A DNA stretch of 64,000 bases from Oikopleura dioica (taxonomy: Eukaryota; Animalia; Chordata): positions 1,302,001 through 1,366,000 of the forward strand of contig OU015569.1 of assembly GCA_907165135.1 (NCBI GenBank). Direction: 5' to 3'. The position numbers and the translations under genes are program-made. Shown in pieces: positions 12,713 through 24,103 of this stretch (its first letter is position 1; every line of letters starts with the position of its first letter). A model generated the notes under the pieces. The model saw only the letters and a list, made by a program, of their open reading frames with translations. It did not search any database and was not told the DNA's origin.

Positions 12713-14163
12713 TGTTGTTGTTGTTGTCGTGGTTGTTGTGGTGGTTGAAGTTGTTGTTGGGATTTCTGTTGTGGTTGTTTCTGGAACAGTAGTTTCCATA
12801 AGTGTCGACGTACTCGTAATTGTAGTTGTAGATGTAGTCGTAGTTGTTGTTGACGTTGTTGTTGAAGTTGTTGTCGTACTAGTTGTTGTCGTGCTAGTAG
12901 TAGTTGTAGTAGTAGTCGTCGAAGTAGTTGTCGTAGTAGTCGTTGTACTAGTTGTTGTAGAAGTTGTTGAAGAGGTAATCGTCGTCGTCGTAAGGATCGG
13001 AGTAGTAGATGCAACAGGTGTTGTAAGTTCAATAGAATCAGTCTTGCTAGATGATTCTCCCAAGGAGAAAAAGTCCGAACCTGTCAGCTGAGAAAAGTAG
13101 TCTTCTTGGTAGAGATCGAAATTAAAGGGTTCGAATTCTTTGTCAGGGACCTCTTCTACGTCGATGTCGTTGGATTCTAGGTAATCTGAAAAATCTTCTT
13201 CGTAGAGCGAGTAGAGCATGTCAGAAATTGAAGAAGAAACAGGACTGAATAGTCCTTCTCCGCCATCGACAAAACCAAATCCTTCGCCATATTCGTAAGA
13301 AACAAGATCTTGCTCTGAGAATTGCTCAAATATTTCGAATTTCTGGTTGGCCTGTTTTGTTGTTGTTGTCGTCGTAGTCGTCGTAGTCGTCGTCGTTGTA
13401 GATGCTTTTGTGGTCGTGATGGAAGTACAGCCAGTATATTTCGAGTTGAGCTGCGGATTAAGTCCGTTTCCTTCGAAGCCGTTCGGGCAAATGCACTCGT
13501 AGTGACCGTAAAGGTTATTGCAATAAGCGTTCGCTACGCATGCGTGACTTCCATTTGTGCACTAGAATTTGGCCTCAAGCTTTGTCAACGATACCAGTTC
13601 TTACCTCATTGATATCTCTACATTTATTTCTCAAGATTTCAAAGCCAGACTCGCAGGTACACTCGTAGGAGCCAACAGTATTCACACAGACCTTATTTCC
13701 ACAAGGGTTTTTGTTCGCACTGCACTCGTTCTTATCCACACAACTGTTCTTACCATCGCCCTCAAAGCCTTCTCGGCATGTGCAAATGTATCCATCGTCG
13801 ACATTTTGACATTCGGCGTATTGATGGCAGCTATATCTTTTCATTAAATAAAACACGCTAGAAAATATCTCTGATCTTACTTGAATTTCGAGCATTTTCC
13901 GGGGGATATTGCGCTTTCAGCAGCAACCGGGCTCTTCTTTTTCTTTTTCTCTCGATTTTTCTCGGAGGTCTTGCGTTATTATTGCCCATGGACATTGCTA
14001 TCATTTGCTCAAGCATGGATCCACTTGGAGCGGCGAACATTGCGCTGTAGTCGACATCGATGAGGCTGTCTTGGGAGAAGTTCCTTCCTTTGGCTCGTTT
14101 TCTCTCTCTCCTTTGCGACAGAACATTGGACGTGAGGTAAAAGATGATATACTGTAGCTTCAT
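11045..14163 (-). CDS. Secreted EGF-repeat / Thr-rich mucin protein with C-terminal Cys-rich (LU/three-finger-like) domain; oikosin-like candidate
   Basis: Hydrophobic N-terminus MKLQYIIFYLTSNVLSQ; three EGF/EGF-Ca repeats (CHQYAECQNVDDGYICTCREGFEGDG, DKNEC..CVNTVGSYECTCESGF, CVANAYCNNLYGHYECICPNGF); long poly-Thr tract; C-terminal KCHVCD...GCKQAQACY...CTQCCNTEHNCN. Confidence 0.8.
12600..13030 (-). repeat. Coding low-complexity ACN (Thr) triplet array
   Basis: (GTA)n/(GTT)n/(GTC)n on the + strand, in frame with the mucin ORF 11582-13219. Confidence 0.9.
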
Positions 14164-14872
14164 ATTGAGTGAATAAAGCTTATATCCGCCTCTTATCGAC
14201 ACGTGATAATTCTAGTCTTCTGTTGTGATGGAAAAGGGTCTTTTATCTGGCAAAAATAGACGGAAACTTTCAACTCAAAATATCTCGTCACCCGTCATCA
14301 CGGTTCTAAATGGTTATTCTTAAGGGAAACATATGTGGGGAGAATTTCCATCACGGGCCTGGTCCCAGCCTTGGTGCTGGTTTGAAAATGACTTGAACGA
14401 AGCTGTGGTGGTGATTTAAGAAGATCAGCGGCAAATATTATGCCTCGCTGCGGTCGCAATTGTATATATCGCATGTTTGGCAAGGTCCTGGAAGATTACA
14501 CATTTTCAGCGGAACTTTTAATTTTATAATGCACGAGACCTTTATTCGAAAAAAACGTTTAGTCTCCACTTGGCCTAGCTCGCCCAAAATATTAATATTG
14601 CGGGTGATAAATAATCCAATCTCAGATCGCCTAAGTTGGTATCGTAAAAATTCAATTTTCGAATTAAATCATCGGTTTTTGGAAAAGAAATGAGCTTGCA
14701 TTGCTTGGCTTTACGAAATTAAGAAGCTGCAATTATCATTTTTTCCCGGGGGCCGCACAAATATTTGAGAACAGTTCAAATATGTGTCATATTTTTTATT
14801 ATTTCTTCGCAGTGCTTTGAATAAACACCGGACGAGTTGTATCAAGCTTTTTTACAAAGAAGATAATTGAGA

Positions 14873-15941
14873 ATGAACGCGGCTGAAGAAGAAAAGAACT
14901 TGGAAGGGCTCATAAAACTTGGTTTTATGAAAATGCTCGATGGTTTTCCAGGTAGTCATAAACAGCGTATTTCTCGCTTCAAGGTTTTTATTCGCAATTT
15001 CTAGTTCGCGCTAGCGTGGAGGAAAAAGTAATCCGCGAACTTCAATCGATGAGCCTTCCGTCCAACACTGTAATTGTCGCTGGATATCCAAAGACTGGCA
15101 GCCATTTCCTTCTTCAAATTCTTGGCCAGTTGAAGTTCCAGCGGCTCTACGACATTGGCGAAGGGTATTTGACCATCGCACGAATAAGACAATGGTAAAT
15201 AAACTATTTAGGGATGCAAAGTGCACATCGCTTCCACTCGAGTTCCAAGAGTTCCCGGCTCTAGAAACGATGATTAATGCCGTCAAAGCTGACCCTTCTA
15301 CCAACTTTGTCTTCAATCACTCTCACGCTTATCCATCTCATTTGCCCAAAAATGCGAAAGTTTTGTACATTTCGAGGGACATCCGCGCTGTCGCCGTCTC
15401 TGGCTATCATTTCTTCGGCTCAATGGAAAAGTACAAGGTCATGTTTGAACACTACAACATCAAAAGCGCCGACGACTACGCCAATATTGTCTTTCAAGGA
15501 AAATCTTCTTATGGGTAAGTTCAGTTCTTTGCTTCAACGTGAATTTGAATCTCTAGGAACATGGACCGATACGACAAGTTGTGGAGAGAAGCAGCAGCAA
15601 AAGAGCCTGAACGGATTCATACAGTTACATTTGAAGACTTGAAGGTCAACTTACAACGAAACGTCGAAGAAATCGTCAAATTCCTCGGCCTGGAAAACGT
15701 CGATATTCCAAAAGTAGTGGACGGCAGTCAGTTCAAGAGCCACGACGCCAACTTCCACAAAGACGCAAAAATCACGGACACAGCTTCGAGCAGCGAAACA
15801 CTCATCAAGGTTGAAAGCTAAACAGCTTAAAGGATTCTAACTGTGAATTTTTAGCGAAAAGGCGAAGTGGATAGCTGGAAGAGAGAACTCACCAAAGATT
15901 CCTTGTCGCTTTACGCAACGCTTTTTCCTGAGCGCAACTAA
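14873..15941 (+). CDS. Cytosolic sulfotransferase (Sulfotransfer_1)
   Basis: VIVAGYPKTGSHFL (5'-PSB), KVLYISRDIRAVAVSGYHF (3'-PB), C-terminal RKGEVDSWK; canonical short introns. Confidence 0.9.
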
Positions 15942-16091
15942 ATCGTTGTTTGCGCTTGTTTGGATCTGGCAATTTCCTTTTTGCAAAAAACTGTGAAACT
16001 TCAAAGAATCGCGTTTTAACAATCCATGCAACATCAAAAAAAACAAACAATTTTCTTTGGAAAAGTTTTTTTATTCGATTGATGACCAAAA

Positions 16092-17535
16092 CTACATGTT
16101 TTCTTTTAGGATCGAAACTATATTATCAAACAGTCTTCTGTGTTCTTGAGCTTCCTTGAGTTTTTGCTCCTAAATCGCTAATTTTCAAATGAAAACGCGC
16201 GAAATGTACCTTTGTTTCGTTCCTGCTCCATTTGACGAGTAATTTCAAGGGTCCGTATGCCATCACAGATTGCGTAACAACAGGAACTTCCGGTAAAACA
16301 GCCATGTGTCCGGAATGAAGAAAGTCAAGTTTTTGAACATTCGGTAGACCTTCTAAAAAGAGCTCAGAGATTTCCATTGAATGAGCTTGAGACGGGGCAA
16401 GATGAGGATCATCAAGTGGCTAGAATAGTTTCAAAAAAGATAGGGATCGTAAGAAATACCTGAAAGTGGAAGATCTTCGGAATATTCTTGAGCGGAAATC
16501 CTGTCTGTTTGATTTTCGCCGCCTCATCGTAATTTATTTGCCATTTTTCTTCATCATCCATTTTGAAAAGAAAATCGTCGGGTCCATGAAGAACTCCGAA
16601 TGTTCCCCAAGTCGGGCTAATGAATCCATCATCTGTGAATGTAAAAAGATGCGTAACAAGCGGCAAACTATCGGCCGACGCCGCCAACTCCATCTTTTTG
16701 AAGATGTTATTTCCATAGGATAAGTCACACGCGATTGGGGCTGGAATTGAGCCCGCTTGAGTGACAGTGAGCTCGACAAGTTCCGGGCAGATTGATGCAA
16801 AGCCAAGTGCGATGTCAGCTCCTTTGCATTGGCCAACAACAGCTAGACGATCCCCGTAGCATTTTTCATGCGCGAGAAGAGTTTTTGCGGCGCTTTCGAA
16901 GTACTCCAATGAAAGGAGGTTCTTCTTCATGAAGTTTTCATTCCCGTATTTCTGAACTGATGAAACATATTTATCTGATTGGTGATCAATTAATTGAAGA
17001 CTAGCTCTAACTTTAAGATAAGAACACACTTACCATTGTAACCGACTTCCATCACAACAAAACCTTCTCTTGCCAGTCTTATTGCTCGTGCATCTTGAAT
17101 ATGATTTAATGATCCGTTGATATGCAGCACTCCTGGAGCTGTTTTGCAATTTTCTGGGTAAAAAAGATTCGCTACCAGGCCATTTTCGCGGATTTCTTCT
17201 TTCACGATATCATCCCCGACTCCGGAAGCTCCTGTGATGGTTTCTTCTAATGTTCCTAGTTTGATTTTGAGCTTGGCCGTTTCAAATTCTTCCAGAATAA
17301 ATGGATCGTAACTTTTCTCTGTTTGCGCCAAGGAAATCATATCCGCCACCATCATTTCGCTCAAATGGACTCTCCCAAATTGATCCGTTTTAACTGTAGT
17401 TTCATAGGCGAAACAGGAGTTGACTGTATCAAAGTAATTCAGGCTTAACTTTAGGTCGCTTTTTGGAACTAATCCGGTTGCAAAAAGTGGGAATCTCTTT
17501 CCAAAAAGAAGCTTTTTCGGTAATTTCAATGACAT
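16092..17535 (-). CDS. Acyl-CoA thioesterase / bile acid-CoA:amino acid N-acyltransferase family protein
   Basis: GLVANLFYPENCKTAPGVLHING..DARAIRLAREGFVVM, nucleophile elbow VVGQCKGAD, C-terminal FLHSGH. Exact start uncertain. Confidence 0.8.
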
Positions 17536-18712
17536 TTTGAAGGAAAAAAATGTTGTTGATTAATTTCGTAGCTCGGAAAAATGGGAGGGAAAAGCAAATA
17601 TTTGAAGTAACAGGCAACATGTCCGAAAGGAGATTGAAGTTATTTTACAACAATATTTATTTCGAATAATCGATAAAAAAACTATTGTTATCAAAGACGA
17701 ATTCTGAAAGCCATTTGTTCTTCAAAAAGAATAAATGAGATTCATTGTGTGGAAGTTGTTTCAAAAGTCAACGCTTTGGTTTTCAAAGACCGACGGAATA
17801 AACATTTATTTACCTGTTTTGTTGCAAGTTTTTGTTTGTTGCTCAAGCAATACTTCTCGAGCTATAAAAGGGGTTCGTCATTTTCGTTCACTTTCGAAAA
17901 CTCGAAATTGAACACTCAAAACTTGAAAAAAAATAATTTCAAGGATGATTTTTACGCATAATGTAGACGGAGAAATTATTCGCTACAGAATAGTTTTCAA
18001 GAAACAGAAATATACGACGTCTCGAGTAGTCTCGAGCAAACCGCCGAAGAAAAGTCCAATCGGAAATCGTAAAAAGAGACCGCTACGACGTAAAAACTCA
18101 CTGATACGAAAGCAAACTGCCTATGTGGAACCCGACTTGAAATTTGAAGAGTTCGTCAAAGCGTTGCACTGGATTGTGCTACGACTAATCTATCGTCCGG
18201 TTAGCCCCACAAACCGTTCCAAAGTTGATAGTTTTTTACATCAACAGTTTTTTAGCGAAGACTTTTTTCGATGGCTAATGGCGGATGGAGAATACGACAA
18301 TCTTGCTTCTGCCCACAAAAATCTGACAAGTCATATCTCCGATGCCTGCTCAGCCTTTTCCACACAAGCCTGGAACAAAAACTTTAAAACAACGGTTCGC
18401 GCAGAGTTCGAAATCCCGCGTTTGCCCGGGGGAAGATACGGGCACGGGCAAGAAAGTGAAGATTCCCGAGGGCAAAAGCGGTCACGGGCAAAAAAACGAA
18501 TTTTCCCGCGGGCCAAGCGGGCACGGGCACAAGAAAAAATATTCCCGCGGGCAAATTCGGGCACGGGCAAGATTCCCGCGAGCTTAAATGGGCACGGGCA
18601 GATTCAATGCACCTCATGAAAAAGTGTTTAAACTATTTAAATAGCGTGGAAATAGACACCAAATACTTGAGGGAGTATATTGAAAACTAATCTGAACTAA
18701 TCAGAACTGTTA

Positions 18713-19307
18713 TGTCATGTTTTTTTAAGGCTAACGAAGTTTTCCAGCCCATTTCCGCCTTATAGACCCCCGAACGTTATACCTTTACATATCAACAGAA
18801 AATTTTAATAACTTTAACGGTTCAAAATTCTAGAAAACTCCACTTCCGGTCGGTTCTAGAGCCCGAAGTTGACGTAATTTAGGTGTTATGGTGAAGTGTG
18901 ACCTATCAAATTGATGGTCAGACGATTTCCTATCATTTTAGACCAAGAATCAAGACCAACCGCGGTAAAATAAACCGGAAAAAATGAAAAAAAATTCATC
19001 ACTTTATGCCATTTTTTACATAATTTTAACGGTCGGTTTGACCAGGTTTGGGACTGTTTCTTCTGAAATATTGATTTTAGGATCACCCAAAATCTTCTGA
19101 GCATAAATTTGATAGGTCACACTCTACCATTTTAACTAAGTTTCGTCAACTTCCGGCTCTAGAATCGACCAGAAGTGGAGTTCTCTAGAATTTTAAACCG
19201 TCAAAGTTTTTAAAATTTTCTGCTGATTCTAAAAAAGTATGGTGTTCGGGGGTCTATAAGGCGGAAGTGGGCTGGAAAACTTCGTTGACCTTAAAAAAGC
19301 ACGTCTA
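18713..19307. mobile_element. Foldback (long-TIR) element nested in the hAT element; partial extra arm at about 19345-19510
   Basis: About 200-bp imperfect inverted arms (aacgaagttttccagccc..ccgccttatagacccccgaac vs gttcgggggtctataaggcgg..gggctggaaaacttcgtt); possible TA flanks. Confidence 0.8.
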
Positions 19308-19543
19308 TATGCAAAAATAAACTCATGGACGATGTGCAATGCACATTGTGCATTGGTAAAGTGTGACCTTTTTTTGACTTGGAAGATTTTGAGTCATCAG
19401 TATATCAGAAGAGAGAGTTCCAAACAAGGCCGAAGCGACCGGTAAAATTATGAAAAAAAGGCATAAATTGATCATTTTTTTTCAGTTTTAACCGGTTGGC
19501 TTGACAGCGATCGGGATTGATTATTCTCTTAAATGATAAGTTG

Positions 19544-19964
19544 GAGTGGTCTCCGTTTGCCCAAGTCGCCGTTTGCCAAACTTGGGGAAACAAACTTGGC
19601 TTCTCAAACGTTAATCCTGACTTCTTCAACGCCAATCCTGGCTTCACCAACTTCAATCATGTCTTCTCCACTATCATTAATATTATATCAATTATGGTTT
19701 TTCCAACGTCGATTCTGGGTCTACATCGTCAATCCTAGCTTCACTGACTTCAATCATGGCTTCTCTAATGTCAGTCCCGAGTTCTCCAACGCGAATCCCG
19801 GCTTCGTCAATTTCAATCTAGGCTTTTTCAACGTCAATTGACTGTGGAGAAGCCAATACAACAAAGTTATATGAATCATATAATATGATCAATCAACTTA
19901 ATTAATTCACATCGCCGTTTGCCCAAGTCGCCGTTTGCCCAACTTGGGGAAACGGAGACCACTC
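19544..19964. mobile_element. Small TIR element with an internal degenerate 21-nt repeat
   Basis: TIR GAGTGGTCTCCGTT / AACGGAGACCACTC; direct subterminal repeat cgtttgcccaagtcgccgtttgcc..aacttggggaaac at both ends; no clear TSD. Confidence 0.7.
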
Positions 19965-22139
19965 GGTCGTAGTTTCTAACTAGCTCCTAAAACTTGCGAT
20001 TTAAAAATCCGAACTGATTCAAGGTCGTTTTTATTTTGTATTCTAATTTTGAAAAATAGGCTTGAGATTTAGCAGTAGAAAAAATTGAAAAAAATGTTCC
20101 CCCGGGCTGCCCTCGGGAATATTTCGTGCGGGAACGCGGGCAAACCGCCCGTGCCCGTTTATGCCCGCGGGAATCTTCTCATTCATGCCCGTGCCCGTAT
20201 CTGCCCGCGGGAAAATTTGTTATAGTGCCCGTGCCCGCTTGGCTCGCGGGAAAATTCGTTTTTGTGCCCGTGACCGTTTTTGCCCCCGGGAATCTTCAAT
20301 ATTCTGCCCGTGCCCGCCCGCCCGCCGCCCCCTTGCCCGGGAGCCGCAAAAATTTCGAACTCTGGGTTCGCGATTACCCGAATTTAGGAGAACCGATAAC
20401 ATCTTTCAACAAAAAATACAAGGTAAAATTGAATTTAGAAAAAAGCTATTGAAAAAAGCAATAACAAATTCTCAAGCGACGATGTTCATGCTGTTCGAAA
20501 GTTACCTCTTGCGATGTTATTGCACGACTTGACGGCACCCCGTACAATGACAATACGATGATGCCAAAAGAAAGAAGAATTCCTCCTGCGGCCACCCTGA
20601 CACTAACAAATTACTGTTGGACAAAGTATGATTCTTTATTCGATAAATTTTTATAATATTTTCTAGTATGAAAAACTATCATCAGAGTTTTCACTTTCGC
20701 AAGCATATTGAGGATGAAATCGCAATCAAGGTGGATGATGAGGCCCGAACTCGAATTCAAGAATCGGATCCTTGTTGTTATCGGATAATGGATCGTCTGG
20801 AAGAGTTTGCAAGGCACAAATACGACCTGTTCGTTGAAATTATGCAGAATGCTGAAATCGGCAGAGTGAGAAAACTGAAGAATATTTCTTGATCACTTTC
20901 TCATCTCTTCCTCATGCTTTTCCTCAGACTCTTGATTTATCAGAATTTTCTTTTATGTTTCCATATTTTCTGTTTTTAACCTTTGCAACAATTCCCTACG
21001 TCTCTGATTTTGAGAACGAATAAAAAACACTCTTCTGAAAACAAACCTTGTTATCCTCCTTATATAATAGTGCATATTCATATTTATAGTATTTAGATCC
21101 TTTGAAAATTTAATAGTTTATAGAAAACGGGGGAGAGGGGAGAGCTTCCAAAGTGATGGTAAAGTTCAGAAGAATAACGAAAAGCAAATGTTGCGCGCCG
21201 TAAAACGAGCGGTATTCTTGTGAGTGGCTTCTTTTACTGTTTCTAGCGCAACTGATCTAAATAGCTCACACTTGACGAGCGTTAAGTCCTACTCAGATGG
21301 CTATCGTTGGATGTTGATAAATCTTGTGGGTTTTTGGGCATTCTAGCGCTCTGAGAAGTCGAATCCGCCAATTGTGATTTGCGCTTGCTATTTGCTCTGC
21401 AGCTAATATTGACAGAGAGAAAGCAAAATGGAAATTTTAAAGGCAGAGATCTGCCTCTCACTTTCGGAAGTTACCGGGGGCCACTAGCAGTCGTAGAGAA
21501 CCTAAACAGAAGAGATGGAGAACTCGACGATCGTAGGAAAGGGAGATGATTTCAGAGTTTTCTTCCTTGTTTGCACTTATCGACAAAAAAACGCACCGTC
21601 ATCTTTGAATTGCATTTCGAAACTAAATTCATCATTCAAACCAAAGAAGTAAAAGACAAACGCTTCCTTACTGGATGCTTGTTTTGAAAGACCTTAGTTT
21701 GTCGAACTTCTTTGGAGTAATTTCGAAATGAAGATCCCAAAGTGACGTTTCATCGTTCCTAAAATTGAAAGTTTGCGCACGATTTTTTCATTGTTTATTT
21801 CTCAAGAAGATTTCTTCCTGAGAATTTCTTCAAGTCTGATCGGCTGATCAATTACCCGATTTGCGATAGCTAGCAATAATTTATTATCCTGCGGGGTTCC
21901 TATCTCACCGTGTGATTACTATTTTTACAACTTCGTTTCACTTATTTTTTCTTTGTTTCACGAATCTTATCCTTTCGAAGGCTTTATTGAAGCGGACGTT
22001 TTTGTGGAAGGAAAGAGTGCGTTATTGAGAATTAACTTGTAAGAGATTTTCGTTGATGATGGCAGATAGACAGCGAGAATGTTTAAACTTGAATCCCCTG
22101 GATAAGAACCAGATATCGCAACTATGAACGACACTTTTA

Positions 22140-23250
22140 TCACAGACTCTGATCCTTGGTACGGCCCTGTCAGAAGTTACGTCAAAATTTTCGAAGAATA
22201 CGAGTATTCAATCCTTATAGCAGGTAATCAAAATAATTAAACCACAAAAAGCTCAACAATTGTTCAGCTGTGACTGGTGGCGTCATTTTTACCTTGGTCG
22301 GATTGTGTTGCTCGCACTGCTGCTGCAAGAAAAAGGCAACCGGCAATTCTAGCTCGAGCAGCAGAAGAAACAAGTCGGGCAATACCACTATCGTCAAAGA
22401 TGAAATCGTAACGGACGTTTACTCGACTGGGTTGAAAGTTGATCCGATATTCCAACTGCCAGAAGACACTGGAGATGGTATTTGACGACCATTTTTTCTC
22501 GATGAAAAAAATGTTTCAGAGTTTGAAGAAGAAAACGAGCGATTCCTGGGCGGATCAAAAAAGGCCGGCGAAGCTACGGAAATGCAGTCAAATAATTCTA
22601 CCACTTCAAAAAGAAGCACGCGTTCTACGGGCTCACAAACTGTAACAATCAACAACGCGGTGACACCTCCAGTAGCAGCTAGCTTTACAGTAGCGACAGC
22701 TTCTGCGTCCACGCCCAAATTTGAACAGAAGAAGAAGAAGGAGCTTATTCCTATTGTGCCTATTGCTCCTATCACAATGGCGAGGAAATCATGGAAGAAT
22801 ATATCTAAAAAATTAATTTAAGCGCGCACCAGAGCTTCCAACGAGCCCGCAGCCAAAATACTCGCCGACGATTTCGCCAGCATCGTCGATCGAAACAATC
22901 TTCGACAACGTTGAGAAGCCGAACAACAAACGAACAGTCAAACACAACATTGCTTTCAGGTACAAGACTTTGACGACAAAGTCACAGGAATTTCTTTAGT
23001 TCCCTCCCTCGACGGCTGTTTCCACTCTCTTCCGAGCTCCTGACGTTTTTGGCAAAGGAAGATTTGAACCTAGACTGGCAAATTTACACGATCAACAACA
23101 GGGCATTAGAATGCTTTTTGTACAAATACATGATCTTCATTACTGTAAGTGAAGATTACAAAATAATAATCAAGATGTAACTCTTCTTCTAGGAGCCGGA
23201 CCGGGAGAACTTGTTGGTGGGAATAATGTTGACTAGAATTCTGATTCAAA
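22140..23250 (+). CDS. Unknown single-pass membrane protein with juxtamembrane Cys cluster (multi-exon, boundaries approximate)
   Basis: Spliced reading YEYSILIA-AVTGGVIFTLVGLCCSHCCCKKK followed by Ser/Thr-rich exons with canonical splice sites. Confidence 0.5.
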
Positions 23251-23389
23251 TTCAAGCTCGCGATGCAGAGAATGAGCTGGAAAATGTCAAAGTAGCTTAT
23301 TATTTATGTTAAAACTCATTTTAATACTATTTTAGCAAAACATGAGCAGCGGTTCGGACTCACAAATCCACAGAGAAGCCTGGTCTGTT

Positions 23390-23620
23390 TCAAAAACCTG
23401 CCCTATCAGCTTCGGAAGCTTCTGTCCTCGACGAAATCTCCTCCTTGATTTCGAGAAAATCGTCCCAAGTAAGAGGCTCTGCAATATTTGGATCCTTGAT
23501 GTGAATTTTAAGACGTGAAAGGCCTTCTTCTGTCCAAGGGTATTTGTGGTTTGACGCATTTGGAGCAGATTTTCGGAAATCCGGAAAAATCAGTCGAGCT
23601 AATGACTTCAGCTGAGTCAC
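23390..23620 (-). CDS. Hypothetical protein exon(s)
   Basis: 76-aa ORF with protein-like composition (YPWTEEGLSRLK..LTWDDFLEIKEE); no family recognised. Confidence 0.25.
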   Translation of the reverse strand: MTQLKSLARLIFPDFRKSAPNASNHKYPWTEEGLSRLKIHIKDPNIAEPLTWDDFLEIKEEISSRTEASEADRAGF

Positions 23621-24103
23621 ATGTCTTATCTGGCGATATCACTGTACAAGTAAGTTCTTGGCATCTACACAGACGTACTTAAAAGATGATAGCCGTGCAA
23701 ATATTAACGAATGTTATTTTAAGGGAATGGACAGTCTCCTGCGTCTGTTAGACGGGTTCAGTCAAGACGCAGCGATGTATGAATTCGTCAAAGCCCAGGA
23801 AGATTGGGAAATAAAAGTAGACAAATAGTGCTTTCAGAATTTTACTGCTTTTCAGGGTGGAAACGCCGTGGAGCCCATGATTGTCAAGAATTCCATCAAA
23901 ACGAGTGTTTCGATATCGCGCAGTTCGCAGCCCGGAAACGGCCTTTACCAATTTGCCCAGACATCTACCAAAGCCGACTTGTCGATGAGGAGACGCTTCG
24001 AAGTTTCTTTCAGTAATAAATACTAAGATAAAAATGTACAACACTGTGTCAACTTGAATATTTATTGATATTTACAGATATTGGTATGGCAGGGTAACTT
24101 GAG

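Larger units (their letters stand above)
18402..20364. mobile_element. Non-autonomous hAT-like element (about 1.96 kb) carrying nested elements
   Basis: TIR CAGAGTTCGAAAT; perfect 8-bp TSD GGTTCGCG (18394-18401, 20365-20372); about 200-bp inverted subterminal arrays of CGGGCA/CCCGCGGG. Confidence 0.92.
17945..20892 (+). pseudogene. Unknown protein gene interrupted by the hAT element at 18402-20364
   Basis: Removing the element plus one TSD restores a continuous frame ..AWNKNFKTT-VR-DYPNLGEPITSFNKKYK; downstream exon-like ORF at 20668-20892. No family recognised. Confidence 0.5.

Noticed and set aside
12541-13091. Poly-Val ORF (+) and poly-Leu/Gln ORF (-)
   Set aside because: Antisense and alternate-frame shadows of the Thr triplet array in the mucin gene.
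18394-20372. Splicing-out of the large hAT element as an intron
   Set aside because: The TSD has a GT, but there is no AG at the right junction to restore the frame.
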